This document shows positions 40,396 through 48,687 of a DNA stretch of 64,000 bases, piece after piece. A program made the translations under genes and the position numbers. The stretch is taken from the IMG/VR virus record IMGVR_UViG_3300021791_000001, positions 715 to 64,714 of that record. One strand, given 5' to 3'. Source of the DNA: a virus. Taxonomy: Duplodnaviria; Caudoviricetes. Every line of letters begins with the position of its first letter. The stretch's first letter is position 1. The notes beneath the pieces are model-generated. The model was given only the letters and a program-made list of their open reading frames with translations, was not told the origin of the DNA and did no database searches.

Positions 40396-41736
40396 ATGGC
40401 TAATCCTAGTTTATCTGAATATCTAGCACAGTCACAGCGTGGTCTGTATCAGTCAGTATTCGGACCTGAATACTTAATGAAACAGTCCTACTTCACTGTT
40501 GACACTCAAACTGGAATATTCAACACGACATATGGACGCAAGGTGTGGCAAGCTTTGAACAACCAGACTCGTTTCTTCAATGCTGTTCCCAGAGTAGTTT
40601 GGGGTAATACGGCTGGTTGGCGTGTCCGTTCTGACCGTGGCTCACAGAGGTCACGACCAGTTACTGAGACAGGGAATCTCCCAACGGTAGACGTTTCCAA
40701 TATTGAGACAATATCGAGTTTACCTCGTATAGTCTCAACCACCTTCGGTGCCTCCGTGAAGTCCGTCTTCACGGCCCAGCTTGAAGGCGGGATCGGGGAC
40801 GTATTGGCTATGGAAAATGAGAACTCCCAGCTTGATCACATCAAGGAAATCAATGAGGAATTATTGGCAGGAAGTGCTTTCCTCGTAAGTGGAGGTGGTT
40901 CTACCTCCTTCACCGTTCCTGCTGGAGTTGCCCATCACTTTAAGATTGGCGATGCTGTTTCTATGAACAACGTAGGAACAGGTTTTGACAGGCTTACTGG
41001 TTCCACAGTAACTGCGGTTAATACATCTTCTGGTGTAGTAACTATAGATACTGGAACTGCTTTCGCAGACGGTGACCTAGCCACTATTTATAGTAGGGCT
41101 GGTTTCACTTCCATTGATGACATAGTAGCAGAAGATGCACATATTGTCGGTGGTGCTGCTGCTGGAGCTAACGTCAGAGCATACGACCTAAGTCAGGGTC
41201 AACGTGCTCAAGGTGGTTGGAACGCTGCTGCCAGTGTTCAGCATAACAGTGGTGTTGGACGAGCTTTGTCCTTGACTCACTTGGACACAGCCATCCAAAA
41301 GATTCGTGAAAACGGTGGAGAGCCAAAACTCATCCTCCTTGGTCACGACCAGTACTTCAACCTTGAACGGTTGTTAAATTCAAACCAACGGTATATGGGA
41401 CAGGAAGAGTACCAAGTTGGTGTGGGTTCAGAAAGAACCTTCCCCGGTACCCGTACTGGACTAGTCTTGGCTACGTATCAGGGTATACCTATACTTCCTG
41501 ATGCGGATATACCTAAATCGGTTGCTACTAATGATGGAGTTTTGGGAACCAACATTTACGTGTTGGATACTGACTACCTAGAAATTGCTATAGCTCAACC
41601 TACTCAGTACGTTGAGAACCGTGACTACTTCGCTGCCAATGCTTTGGTGGTGAGGGGTCTGCTCTATACAATGGGCGAAATGCGGTGCAAGAATATCTGG
41701 GTTCAGGCCAAAATTACGGACTTAAACGCTTCCTAA
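40396..41736 (+). CDS. Major capsid protein (HK97 fold) with inserted beta domain
   Basis: GIFNTTYGRKVWQALN..WRVR; LATYQGIPILPD; IYVLDTDYL; GLLYTMGEMRC; followed by strong terminator. Confidence 0.85.
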   Translation: MANPSLSEYLAQSQRGLYQSVFGPEYLMKQSYFTVDTQTGIFNTTYGRKVWQALNNQTRFFNAVPRVVWGNTAGWRVRSDRGSQRSRPVTETGNLPTVDVSNIETISSLPRIVSTTFGASVKSVFTAQLEGGIGDVLAMENENSQLDHIKEINEELLAGSAFLVSGGGSTSFTVPAGVAHHFKIGDAVSMNNVGTGFDRLTGSTVTAVNTSSGVVTIDTGTAFADGDLATIYSRAGFTSIDDIVAEDAHIVGGAAAGANVRAYDLSQGQRAQGGWNAAASVQHNSGVGRALSLTHLDTAIQKIRENGGEPKLILLGHDQYFNLERLLNSNQRYMGQEEYQVGVGSERTFPGTRTGLVLATYQGIPILPDADIPKSVATNDGVLGTNIYVLDTDYLEIAIAQPTQYVENRDYFAANALVVRGLLYTMGEMRCKNIWVQAKITDLNAS

Positions 41737-41744
41737 ATTGGTCT

Positions 41745-41783
41745 GGGGAGCAGGAGATTAAATCTTTCCTGCTCCCCTTTTTT
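41745..41783 (+). terminator. Rho-independent terminator after the capsid gene
   Basis: GGGGAGCAGGA-loop-TCCTGCTCCCC followed by a T run. Confidence 0.85.
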
Positions 41784-41798
41784 AACATTGGAGGGCAG

Positions 41799-41972
41799 AT
41801 GGGAATAAACAGACCACAACACCCCAAACTAATTCGTTATGATGATGACGATAAACCTATAGATTTTTATAGGAAATCCCCTTTGCCTAAATTTGGAACT
41901 AATAATCCGATACAAGTATTGAGGAAGATGCAACATGACCCAAACGAGGAATCCGATGAACCAAAGGAATGA
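41799..41972 (+). CDS. Hypothetical 57-aa protein
   Basis: SD GGAGG then ATG 41799; the track start at 41685 runs through the terminator. Confidence 0.4.
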   Translation: MGINRPQHPKLIRYDDDDKPIDFYRKSPLPKFGTNNPIQVLRKMQHDPNEESDEPKE

Positions 41973-42222
41973 TGAGTTAGATATTAAAGTTGCAGTCTAT
42001 ATGGAACGCCTAGATACTTATATTGAAACTTCCACAGAATTGAATAGAACCTTGACAGAAGGTTTAGCTAGAGTTAATTCAGAACTCGATGAATTAAAAC
42101 AATGGCGTACAAAATTCTATGGAGCTAAAACTTTATCCATGATGCTGTTCGCAATGTTTGCTCATGCAGGAGTTATCCTAGCTGCTGTAGTAGGCATCTT
42201 AAATTGGTACTCAAAAAATTAA
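41956..42222 (+). CDS. Coiled coil plus C-terminal TM protein (holin-like or haemolysin-like architecture)
   Basis: YMERLD...C-terminal hydrophobic helix. Confidence 0.4.
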   Translation: MNQRNDELDIKVAVYMERLDTYIETSTELNRTLTEGLARVNSELDELKQWRTKFYGAKTLSMMLFAMFAHAGVILAAVVGILNWYSKN

Positions 42223-42236
42223 TATAGGAGTCTTGC

Positions 42237-43157
42237 ATGGCTAACGAAAGACATATTGATGTACGAGGCTGGGAGGTTGATTCTTCTACACGCCAATCAG
42301 TACACCCTTATACAAAGTATTCCCCCTTTAGGTCTGCTACATCCACAACAGCAGCTAATCTCTTGTCTATTGATAGAGGTGAGATAGCTGTTAATTTGGT
42401 GACTAATCCTAGGATGGAAGTCAATGCTTCTGGTTATACTGTTGTTGGTTCTGCTATCTCTAGAGATACGGGACAACAAGCCACAGGAGCAGCATCCCTT
42501 CTCACCAATCCAGCTAACTCCGCTGCTGGGGAAGGGTTCTATTGGGAATCCCCTATTATGGGGTTTGATATTCATCCCCAACATTTAACTGCTCAATGTG
42601 AAGTACGTGGTGCTTCCGCTTCAGGTAGTGTTAAGATACAGATTACTGATGCAGCAGGAACTGAATTAGCTACTTCTGCTAATACTAACTTAACCACTAG
42701 CTTCGCTCAGATTACCGCATCGTATACAATACCGGGAAGTACGGCAGCAGCAGCGTATAGAGTGTATATTGTTAGTGCTGCCCAGCATAATATTAACTGG
42801 TATACTGATAAGATAATGTTTGAAGTACGGGAAGATACCAATGCTGTATCCACTTATGTGGATGGGGCTTTGGGCTTGCAGTATGAGTGGTCGGCTACGG
42901 CTGATGCTTCCACATCTAGGAAGCGTCCTGCCATGTCTGTTATTCGGGGCATTCAAATTAAGAATGAATCTGGTACGTCTGCGGAAATAGTATATGTATC
43001 TTTTGATACAACCGCTTCCTCTAGTACGGGAATTCCTGTATTAGCTGGAGCAACGTATGAATCTAATTTCCCTGTTGATTTCAGAACGAATGTTTCGATT
43101 ATATCAGCATCGGGAACGCCCACTGTAAGTGGTGTAATTTGGGGAGTACATAGCTAA
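42237..43157 (+). CDS. Virion structural/decoration protein with carbohydrate-binding-module-like domain
   Basis: NLVTNPRME...galactose-binding-like beta pattern; Ala/Ser/Thr-rich. Confidence 0.5.
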   Translation: MANERHIDVRGWEVDSSTRQSVHPYTKYSPFRSATSTTAANLLSIDRGEIAVNLVTNPRMEVNASGYTVVGSAISRDTGQQATGAASLLTNPANSAAGEGFYWESPIMGFDIHPQHLTAQCEVRGASASGSVKIQITDAAGTELATSANTNLTTSFAQITASYTIPGSTAAAAYRVYIVSAAQHNINWYTDKIMFEVREDTNAVSTYVDGALGLQYEWSATADASTSRKRPAMSVIRGIQIKNESGTSAEIVYVSFDTTASSSTGIPVLAGATYESNFPVDFRTNVSIISASGTPTVSGVIWGVHS

Positions 43158-44641
43158 TGGCTACTGCGACAATTGCAACTCCTATAGGCAGTATTCCTAG
43201 TCCATCTAATTGGGCTGCTAACTCACACATGTATCAAGTAGTTAATGCTGATGCGACTATACTGCCTATTGAAAAACAAGATGGGGGTAAGGTTTCTTTA
43301 GAAGATATCTCTGATGCTTTAGATGAATATAAGCGTTTGTTTAAAGCAGGAATAGCTTCTAAAGCTGAAACCATGACCTTATCTAGAGCGTATCCAGATG
43401 ATACGACTTATACTAATGCTGCTTCCAAACTATCTGAAGGGGATGCCATGGTCTTAGGAGGCCCAGCTTCCGTGGAATTAGTTGATAGAGAGGGGCATTT
43501 AATTACCACAGACGCTCTCACAAAAGCTTTTGAGAAATACATGGACAACTTCCGTACCCGGAATACAATGGTATTGCATTCTGACGTACAGGTTGGTTGG
43601 GCTTTGCCAGCTTATATTTCTAGGGGCGGTCAAATCTTTAAGTCTGGTGTGGGTGAGAATGGTTTATTCTTTATCACAGAACTAAGGGATGATACTAAGA
43701 TTGCCCAAAGGGTAATGGACCAAGTTAATGATGGCAAACTTAGAAGTTATTCTATTGCAGGGAGTGCCACTAAAGTTCAGAATCTTACGAAAGGGTTGCA
43801 ACCCTACATGCAAGTAGATGAAATGGAACTAGCTGAAGTAACTGTTTGTGAACGAGGAGTTAACCAAGGGGCTGGCTTTGATATCCTTAAAGCAGAGGGG
43901 GCTGTAGCAACTTGCATTGATGGTAGTTGTCTAATAGAGAAACAGGAATGCGATGGTAGTTGTGTTCTTCAGAAAGAAGAAGGTAAAATAGCTCAGGTAG
44001 ATTCGGGATATAGGAATGCGACTGATGTAGAAATGCGGAATGGTATTTCTTGTGGAACTTGTAAGTTCTTTAATGAAACAGAAATGACTTGTGATATAGT
44101 AGAGGGAATGATTGAATACCATATGTGGTGTAAAGTATTCTCCCCTCTGGATGAATCACCAACTGTTAACGAAGGGAGGGAGTTGACTATGTTAATGGAA
44201 AAAAGTGACGGAACAATTGATTTTAAAGCTTCGTTTTTTAACTGGTTGGGAAAGGAAGATAAGGCTTGTCCAGCAACTGATTCCACCCTTTTAAATTACG
44301 GCGGTAGGTTAGCGGAACATGAACAACTTCTCCGGGAATTTGGGTTCCCCTCTGACCAACCTTTAGAAGCTTTGAGGTATACTCCAGTAATAGAAACGGA
44401 GACTGACAACTTCGGAATACCTATGCACATTAAACCACCATGGGTAGTGAACGAAGCTGGACAACATCTAGGAAGAAAGCATGATGCTGACTCTCCTAAT
44501 TATGATAAGTCCTTAGCCCATAGAGCTAATGAAGACTTGAAATCTAATCAACACCCTTGGTATTCAACAGAAATTAAAGTGGAGTTCCCTATCCGTAAAT
44601 CATTTACCAAATGGTTAGATAATAATAAACGGTATTTATAA
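43157..44641 (+). CDS. HK97-type prohead protease fused to a HiPIP-like Cys4 domain
   Basis: ASVELVDREGHLI; MVLHSD; SYSIAG; EVTVCERGVNQGA; then CGTC-x9-C-x12-C with terminal WC. Confidence 0.75.
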   Translation: MATATIATPIGSIPSPSNWAANSHMYQVVNADATILPIEKQDGGKVSLEDISDALDEYKRLFKAGIASKAETMTLSRAYPDDTTYTNAASKLSEGDAMVLGGPASVELVDREGHLITTDALTKAFEKYMDNFRTRNTMVLHSDVQVGWALPAYISRGGQIFKSGVGENGLFFITELRDDTKIAQRVMDQVNDGKLRSYSIAGSATKVQNLTKGLQPYMQVDEMELAEVTVCERGVNQGAGFDILKAEGAVATCIDGSCLIEKQECDGSCVLQKEEGKIAQVDSGYRNATDVEMRNGISCGTCKFFNETEMTCDIVEGMIEYHMWCKVFSPLDESPTVNEGRELTMLMEKSDGTIDFKASFFNWLGKEDKACPATDSTLLNYGGRLAEHEQLLREFGFPSDQPLEALRYTPVIETETDNFGIPMHIKPPWVVNEAGQHLGRKHDADSPNYDKSLAHRANEDLKSNQHPWYSTEIKVEFPIRKSFTKWLDNNKRYL

Positions 44642-44673
44642 TCATAATATAGAATATTAACCCCCAATTTAGC

Positions 44674-44701
44674 TTGACTTTACTTTGTTTACGTGTATAA
44701 T
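44674..44701 (+). promoter_or_regulatory. Sigma70-type promoter
   Basis: TTGACT-N16-TATAAT. Confidence 0.5.
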
Positions 44702-44762
44702 AGAGTGAGACATCAAATAAAGATGTTTTAAATTTAGGCTAACAGGGGGTTTAATTTTGGAT

Positions 44763-44933
44763 ATGGTTGGATTAGCATCGGGTGCAGTAGTAGTAGCGAC
44801 AGTGATAGGATTCTTAAGTACCTTAGGCAGGGAAGATAAATCTATAGCTTATAGAAAGTACGTAGAGAATAACAAGAAGGCTCCACCAAGCCGGGAATCA
44901 GCGGAATATGACTTTTATTTTAGATATATGTAG
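44763..44933 (+). CDS. 56-aa N-terminal TM peptide (not in track)
   Basis: MVGLASGAVVVATVIGFLSTLG...YFRYM*. Confidence 0.4.
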   Translation: MVGLASGAVVVATVIGFLSTLGREDKSIAYRKYVENNKKAPPSRESAEYDFYFRYM

Positions 44934-44940
44934 GAGTTAA

Positions 44941-45105
44941 ATGTCATTTATAATGAAACATATTCGTCCTCAGATACTAATTAGTATTCTTATATTAGGG
45001 TTAATAGCCCTCTTCTCCTTAGACTTAGGTAAGATAGAGATTACTACAGGATGTATAACATTACTGGGGGCTTTAAGTATGAAGATTTTAGAGTCAGAGA
45101 AATAG
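44941..45105 (+). CDS. 54-aa two-TM protein, holin-like (not in track)
   Basis: SD AGGAG; MSFIMKHIRPQILISILILGLIALF...LLGALSMKILESEK*. Confidence 0.5.
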   Translation: MSFIMKHIRPQILISILILGLIALFSLDLGKIEITTGCITLLGALSMKILESEK

Positions 45106-45114
45106 GAGGTTATC

Positions 45115-45300
45115 ATGGCAGAAGGTTGTTTTTGTGCAGATAATGCGTATGCATTGAAGGGACTTTGTGAGTGTGAAGAACCCTGTTCTTGTGAATGTGA
45201 AGCATGTGATTGCCAACAAGTAGATTTATGGTCAGTCGATTTGAAGACAGCTTGTGGTTGTGTTCAATGTACGTGTCAAGATGAAGACCATGAAGATTAG
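45115..45300 (+). CDS. Metallothionein-like protein
   Basis: SD AGGAGG; 13 Cys in 61 aa, all in CxC motifs. Confidence 0.6.
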   Translation: MAEGCFCADNAYALKGLCECEEPCSCECEACDCQQVDLWSVDLKTACGCVQCTCQDEDHED

Positions 45301-45616
45301 TAGTACCCTCCTTTCACAAGGAATATTAGCAGGAATAGAAGTCCTCTCTCATCTATTGAAATGGGAACGATATCCCTATGCTAAGCATAAGGAAACCGGA
45401 GCACAAATAATTACGGCTGGGAAAGATGCAGCTAAAACTCTTGTTCTTGCTTTTGAGGCTTTTAAAGATAAGAAGATTACACCGGAAGAAGCTCTACATC
45501 TTTCTGATCGAGTGGCGATCACTAAAAGAAACTTGGATACAGCCCTTACCGAATTGATTAAAGATTTACGGGAATACGCTTTGGAAAGAACTGATGAGGA
45601 GGATTCAAATGGTTGA
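45281..45616 (+). CDS. Hypothetical helical protein
   Basis: DKKITPEE motif; start at 45281 or 45290. Confidence 0.45.
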   Translation: MKTMKISSTLLSQGILAGIEVLSHLLKWERYPYAKHKETGAQIITAGKDAAKTLVLAFEAFKDKKITPEEALHLSDRVAITKRNLDTALTELIKDLREYALERTDEEDSNG

Positions 45617-45806
45617 ACGCTTATTGCAACTTATCTTACGCCTAAAGGATATCTTTGTTAGAATTGAAGAGTCCCATGCAGAGGGGGCTGGGAATGAAGC
45701 GGAACTCTTGGCATTAAAATCTAAGGTAGCTTCTCTAGAGGCTGACCAATCCGAAGCTCTAGCTATGCTAGATGACTTGGAAGAGGTGATAAAGAGATGG
45801 GAATAA
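45609..45806 (+). CDS. Small coiled-coil protein
   Basis: SD GAGGAGG upstream of MVER... Confidence 0.45.
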   Translation: MVERLLQLILRLKDIFVRIEESHAEGAGNEAELLALKSKVASLEADQSEALAMLDDLEEVIKRWE

Positions 45807-46267
45807 TAGCAGATAGAGTAGCCACTCTTAAAGACCGATTCTCTCCGCCAGAACTAGAGACTCCTTTAAAGCAAGTGGATACGGTATTCATTTCTAAAGC
45901 TCTGTCTCAAAAACGTATCTATCGTGGGAATGGATTAGAACGTAAGTCATTGGATGTAAACTATTGGGTATGTACTAGACAAGACTTTGTACGGATTATT
46001 AAATGGGATTGGACTAATAGTAAGAAATACATATCAGAGAAGTATGATTGTGATAACTTCGCCTTAACCTTTAAGGCTAGGATGGATAGGAAGTTTCATT
46101 TGAATAGTGTCGGCGTAGTGGTTGACTATTCAGGAGGTCATGCTTATAATTGTGTGGTCTTCGCTGATGGGACGGCTGAAATCTTTGAGCCTCAGAGTGA
46201 TACCTTCAGGACAGACCGTATGGGAACAGGGTACTATATGTGTGAAAGTGGGATTATCTTACTATAA
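45797..46267 (+). CDS. Papain/transglutaminase-like cysteine protease (MOA-lectin C-terminal-like)
   Basis: YDCDNFA (Cys), GHAYN (His), FEPQ (Glu). Confidence 0.7.
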   Translation: MGIIADRVATLKDRFSPPELETPLKQVDTVFISKALSQKRIYRGNGLERKSLDVNYWVCTRQDFVRIIKWDWTNSKKYISEKYDCDNFALTFKARMDRKFHLNSVGVVVDYSGGHAYNCVVFADGTAEIFEPQSDTFRTDRMGTGYYMCESGIILL

Positions 46268-46329
46268 TGTTTCCTATAATGTTAGTATGGAGTGGGAATG
46301 GGTATCTGTTAACATTTCCATACCTAACC

Positions 46330-46430
46330 TTTGAGAGCAGGTTCTGTATGAATTGAACTTCCTACTTAGGAAGTAAGGAGGTGATCCAATCTCACCTGTT
46401 GGGGGCACCTTATGGTGCCCTTAACTTCTA
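46330..46430 (+). ncRNA. Candidate structured RNA with a 16S 3'-end complement
   Basis: Three tandem hairpins; TAAGGAGGTGATCCAA at 46374-46389. Confidence 0.45.
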
Positions 46431-46451
46431 TAACAGGGAAAATTTTGGGTG

Positions 46452-46480
46452 TTGACAAAATTTTTCATAGGTGTTAAGCT
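46452..46480 (+). promoter_or_regulatory. Early promoter cassette A
   Basis: TTGACA-AAATTTTTCATAGGTGT-TAAGCT. Confidence 0.7.
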
Positions 46481-46512
46481 AAGTCGAATCAAATTTTGAA
46501 GGAGCACACTAG

Positions 46513-46584
46513 ATGAGTATAGAGAATCCGATTAAGTTCTTTTGGGTTATGGTCTTCATAGGAGTTATATGTTCGGCATTATAA
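46513..46584 (+). CDS. 23-aa hydrophobic peptide (not in track)
   Basis: SD AAGGAG; MSIENPIKFFWVMVFIGVICSAL*. Confidence 0.35.
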   Translation: MSIENPIKFFWVMVFIGVICSAL

Positions 46585-46627
46585 GTATGGGTTCCCATAA
46601 GGGAACCTCTTTTTTATGGGAGGGAAT

Positions 46628-46837
46628 ATGACTGCTGAAATAGCACTCATTATCTTAGTTGGCATGAGTTCCATAGCGTTATTGTTAGTTAACGTATTAA
46701 TCTATCAGATAACGGAGCGTATGCTAGATATGACAATAAAGATATATATTGAAACCAAAAGCTTGTCGTGGTATACTAGACATACTTATAAAGTATTGGG
46801 AGGTGATAACTGGTTGTACGATAAAGACAAGGTGTAG
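46628..46837 (+). CDS. N-terminal TM small protein
   Basis: SD GGAGG. Confidence 0.45.
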   Translation: MTAEIALIILVGMSSIALLLVNVLIYQITERMLDMTIKIYIETKSLSWYTRHTYKVLGGDNWLYDKDKV

Positions 46838-46844
46838 GGGGAAG

Positions 46845-46873
46845 TTGCAAAAATTTTTGATGTCGGTTATTCT
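46845..46873 (+). promoter_or_regulatory. Early promoter cassette B
   Basis: TTGCAA-N17-TATTCT. Confidence 0.7.
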
Positions 46874-46903
46874 AATTTTGTGAAATTTTTTGGAGGTGTT
46901 GCA

Positions 46904-47134
46904 ATGGGGATATTCTCAAGTAGTGCTAAGTATTGGTGCGGTGGGTTTCAGTATGACATAGATGCTAATGTATTTGCTAGAGATTCACATAGTGCTAAGG
47001 CACAAATGTCGTGGTTAACAGGCAACGTACACTGTATGTGTAAAGATTGTGTAGACTCTTGGAAACGAGACTACTCAGTCTATATAGATTCGTTACCTGA
47101 CCAAATGCCTAAGTATGATTACTGTTTAAAATAA
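46904..47134 (+). CDS. Cys-containing small protein
   Basis: SD GGAGG; CMCKDC. Confidence 0.5.
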   Translation: MGIFSSSAKYWCGGFQYDIDANVFARDSHSAKAQMSWLTGNVHCMCKDCVDSWKRDYSVYIDSLPDQMPKYDYCLK

Positions 47135-47145
47135 GGAGAAGAGAA

Positions 47146-47265
47146 ATGTTAAGACTAACCCAAAAGAGGTATGTAGATTTTCAAGGTTGGATGATGGCTA
47201 CTAATGCTGTCATTATGACAGGAGTATGGGTTACCCTAGTCCTCTCACTTATGGGAATTCTCTAA
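47146..47265 (+). CDS. 39-aa TM peptide (not in track)
   Basis: SD AAGGAG; TAATG coupling to next gene. Confidence 0.45.
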   Translation: MLRLTQKRYVDFQGWMMATNAVIMTGVWVTLVLSLMGIL

Positions 47266-47597
47266 TGAGTGGGCCAACTATGCTAGAGCTTACAGAGACT
47301 TTAATAGATAGAATCTATAATCATCTAGGTTGTACAGAGGATAGGACTAAAGAGATTATCAATATAATGTTGGAAGATATTGCGTTGTTTGATAAGAAGC
47401 AAAGGGATTATGGAGAAAGCAACATAAACAAGTTCGGTGCATTTGGTGTACTAGTTAGAGCAAATGATAAGATGGAACGCTTGACAAATCTGTTTGACCG
47501 TGGTACACTACCTAGTAATGAATCAGTTTATGATTCATGGACAGACCTAAGTATTTATGCAACTATTGCAAGAGCCATTAAGAAAGGCTCTTGGTAG
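47265..47597 (+). CDS. Nucleotide-modification-associated domain 1 (DUF1599/Nmad1)
   Basis: KKQRDYG...GVLVRANDKMERL...ESVYDSWTDLSIYA. Confidence 0.75.
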   Translation: MSGPTMLELTETLIDRIYNHLGCTEDRTKEIINIMLEDIALFDKKQRDYGESNINKFGAFGVLVRANDKMERLTNLFDRGTLPSNESVYDSWTDLSIYATIARAIKKGSW

Positions 47598-47633
47598 TAC
47601 TCCGCTGGAATCTCAAGGAACCTAATAAAATTT

Positions 47634-47918
47634 ATGGAGGAATATCATTTCATGCAATCCAGTAAAAGTAAAGATACCCAGAACGCAGTCTACTTGGAGA
47701 AAGCTAGGCAAGCAGCAGTCAGGCTGGCACAAGAACGTAACTTCATCACCTCTGATGACGTTGTTAAAGTTGTCGGTATGCCACCCTCTCCTTCGGTAAT
47801 TGGTGGACTCTTCAGAGATAGTAGGTTTACCCAAGTAGGTTACACTCCATCTACTCGCCAAGGTACTCATGGTCGTAAGATTGGAGTATGGCGGTTGAAG
47901 ACTAACTACAAAGGTTAA
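47634..47918 (+). CDS. Winged-helix-like small protein
   Basis: ITSDDV...IGGLF...HGRKIGVWR. Confidence 0.45.
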   Translation: MEEYHFMQSSKSKDTQNAVYLEKARQAAVRLAQERNFITSDDVVKVVGMPPSPSVIGGLFRDSRFTQVGYTPSTRQGTHGRKIGVWRLKTNYKG

Positions 47919-47936
47919 AGTGTAATCGACCCTTTG

Positions 47937-47978
47937 TTCCCCTTCAGCTAGCGGAGTCTGAAGGGGAACTATTTTTTT
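47937..47978 (+). terminator. Rho-independent terminator
   Basis: TTCCCCTTCAG-loop-CTGAAGGGGAA then T7. Confidence 0.7.
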
Positions 47979-47999
47979 AAATTTAAGAGTGAGGTAAGT

Positions 48000-48687
48000 A
48001 TGTATAACTATAAGAATATGATGAAATGGCAAGACGTAGTGGCAAGCAATGGAAGCGACAACAAGGGTGTAGAGGTCGATATGTATGACCTGCTTAAACA
48101 ACAGGCTGAGTCTGAAACACCTGCGGAAACTGATGCAGAGGTTAGACGATTCATGGATGCTGTACTAACAGACTATTTGGATTAGGGGTTCAGTATGACT
48201 GATAAAGAAGAGAACATATTGAAGACTGTAATCGAAGATTTAATGACCCAGCTTCAGAAGGCAGATGCAAAAGCAATGCAAGATCAAGCTAAGATAAGTA
48301 CGTTAGAAGTAACAGTTAATCAGTTAATTATTGAGAGAGATCAATTAAGGGAAGCATCTGAGAAGCATAGGGAACTTAATGGTCAGCTTAGAGAAGAGCT
48401 AAGGGTAGCCTATGTAGAAGCAGACGAATTAGATAAAGCTCTTAGGGAAGTTACAGTAAAGGGAGATACAACGAGTGGATAAGGAATACACCTTTACCAT
48501 CACAATAGAGCCTTTGACCTTTACTCTTCGGTGTGTAGAAGAAGATTCTAAAGATGGGTGGGATGCCACAGAAGCTATTGTAAATGGGAGGATAGAAGAT
48601 TACATGGAAGCTATTAGGAATGGCCTAGACTATAGAGATCAGGATAACTTAGAGTATCTCTATGAGGCAAACGAAGTACTTCCATGA
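48000..48687 (+). CDS. Three small hypothetical ORFs (48000-48185, 48195-48482 coiled coil, 48475-48687)
   Basis: Tightly packed with SD-like motifs. Confidence 0.45.

Noticed and set aside
46374-46389. rRNA gene fragment or contamination
   Set aside because: The match is only 16 nt, antisense to 16S, and the flanks are not rRNA-like.
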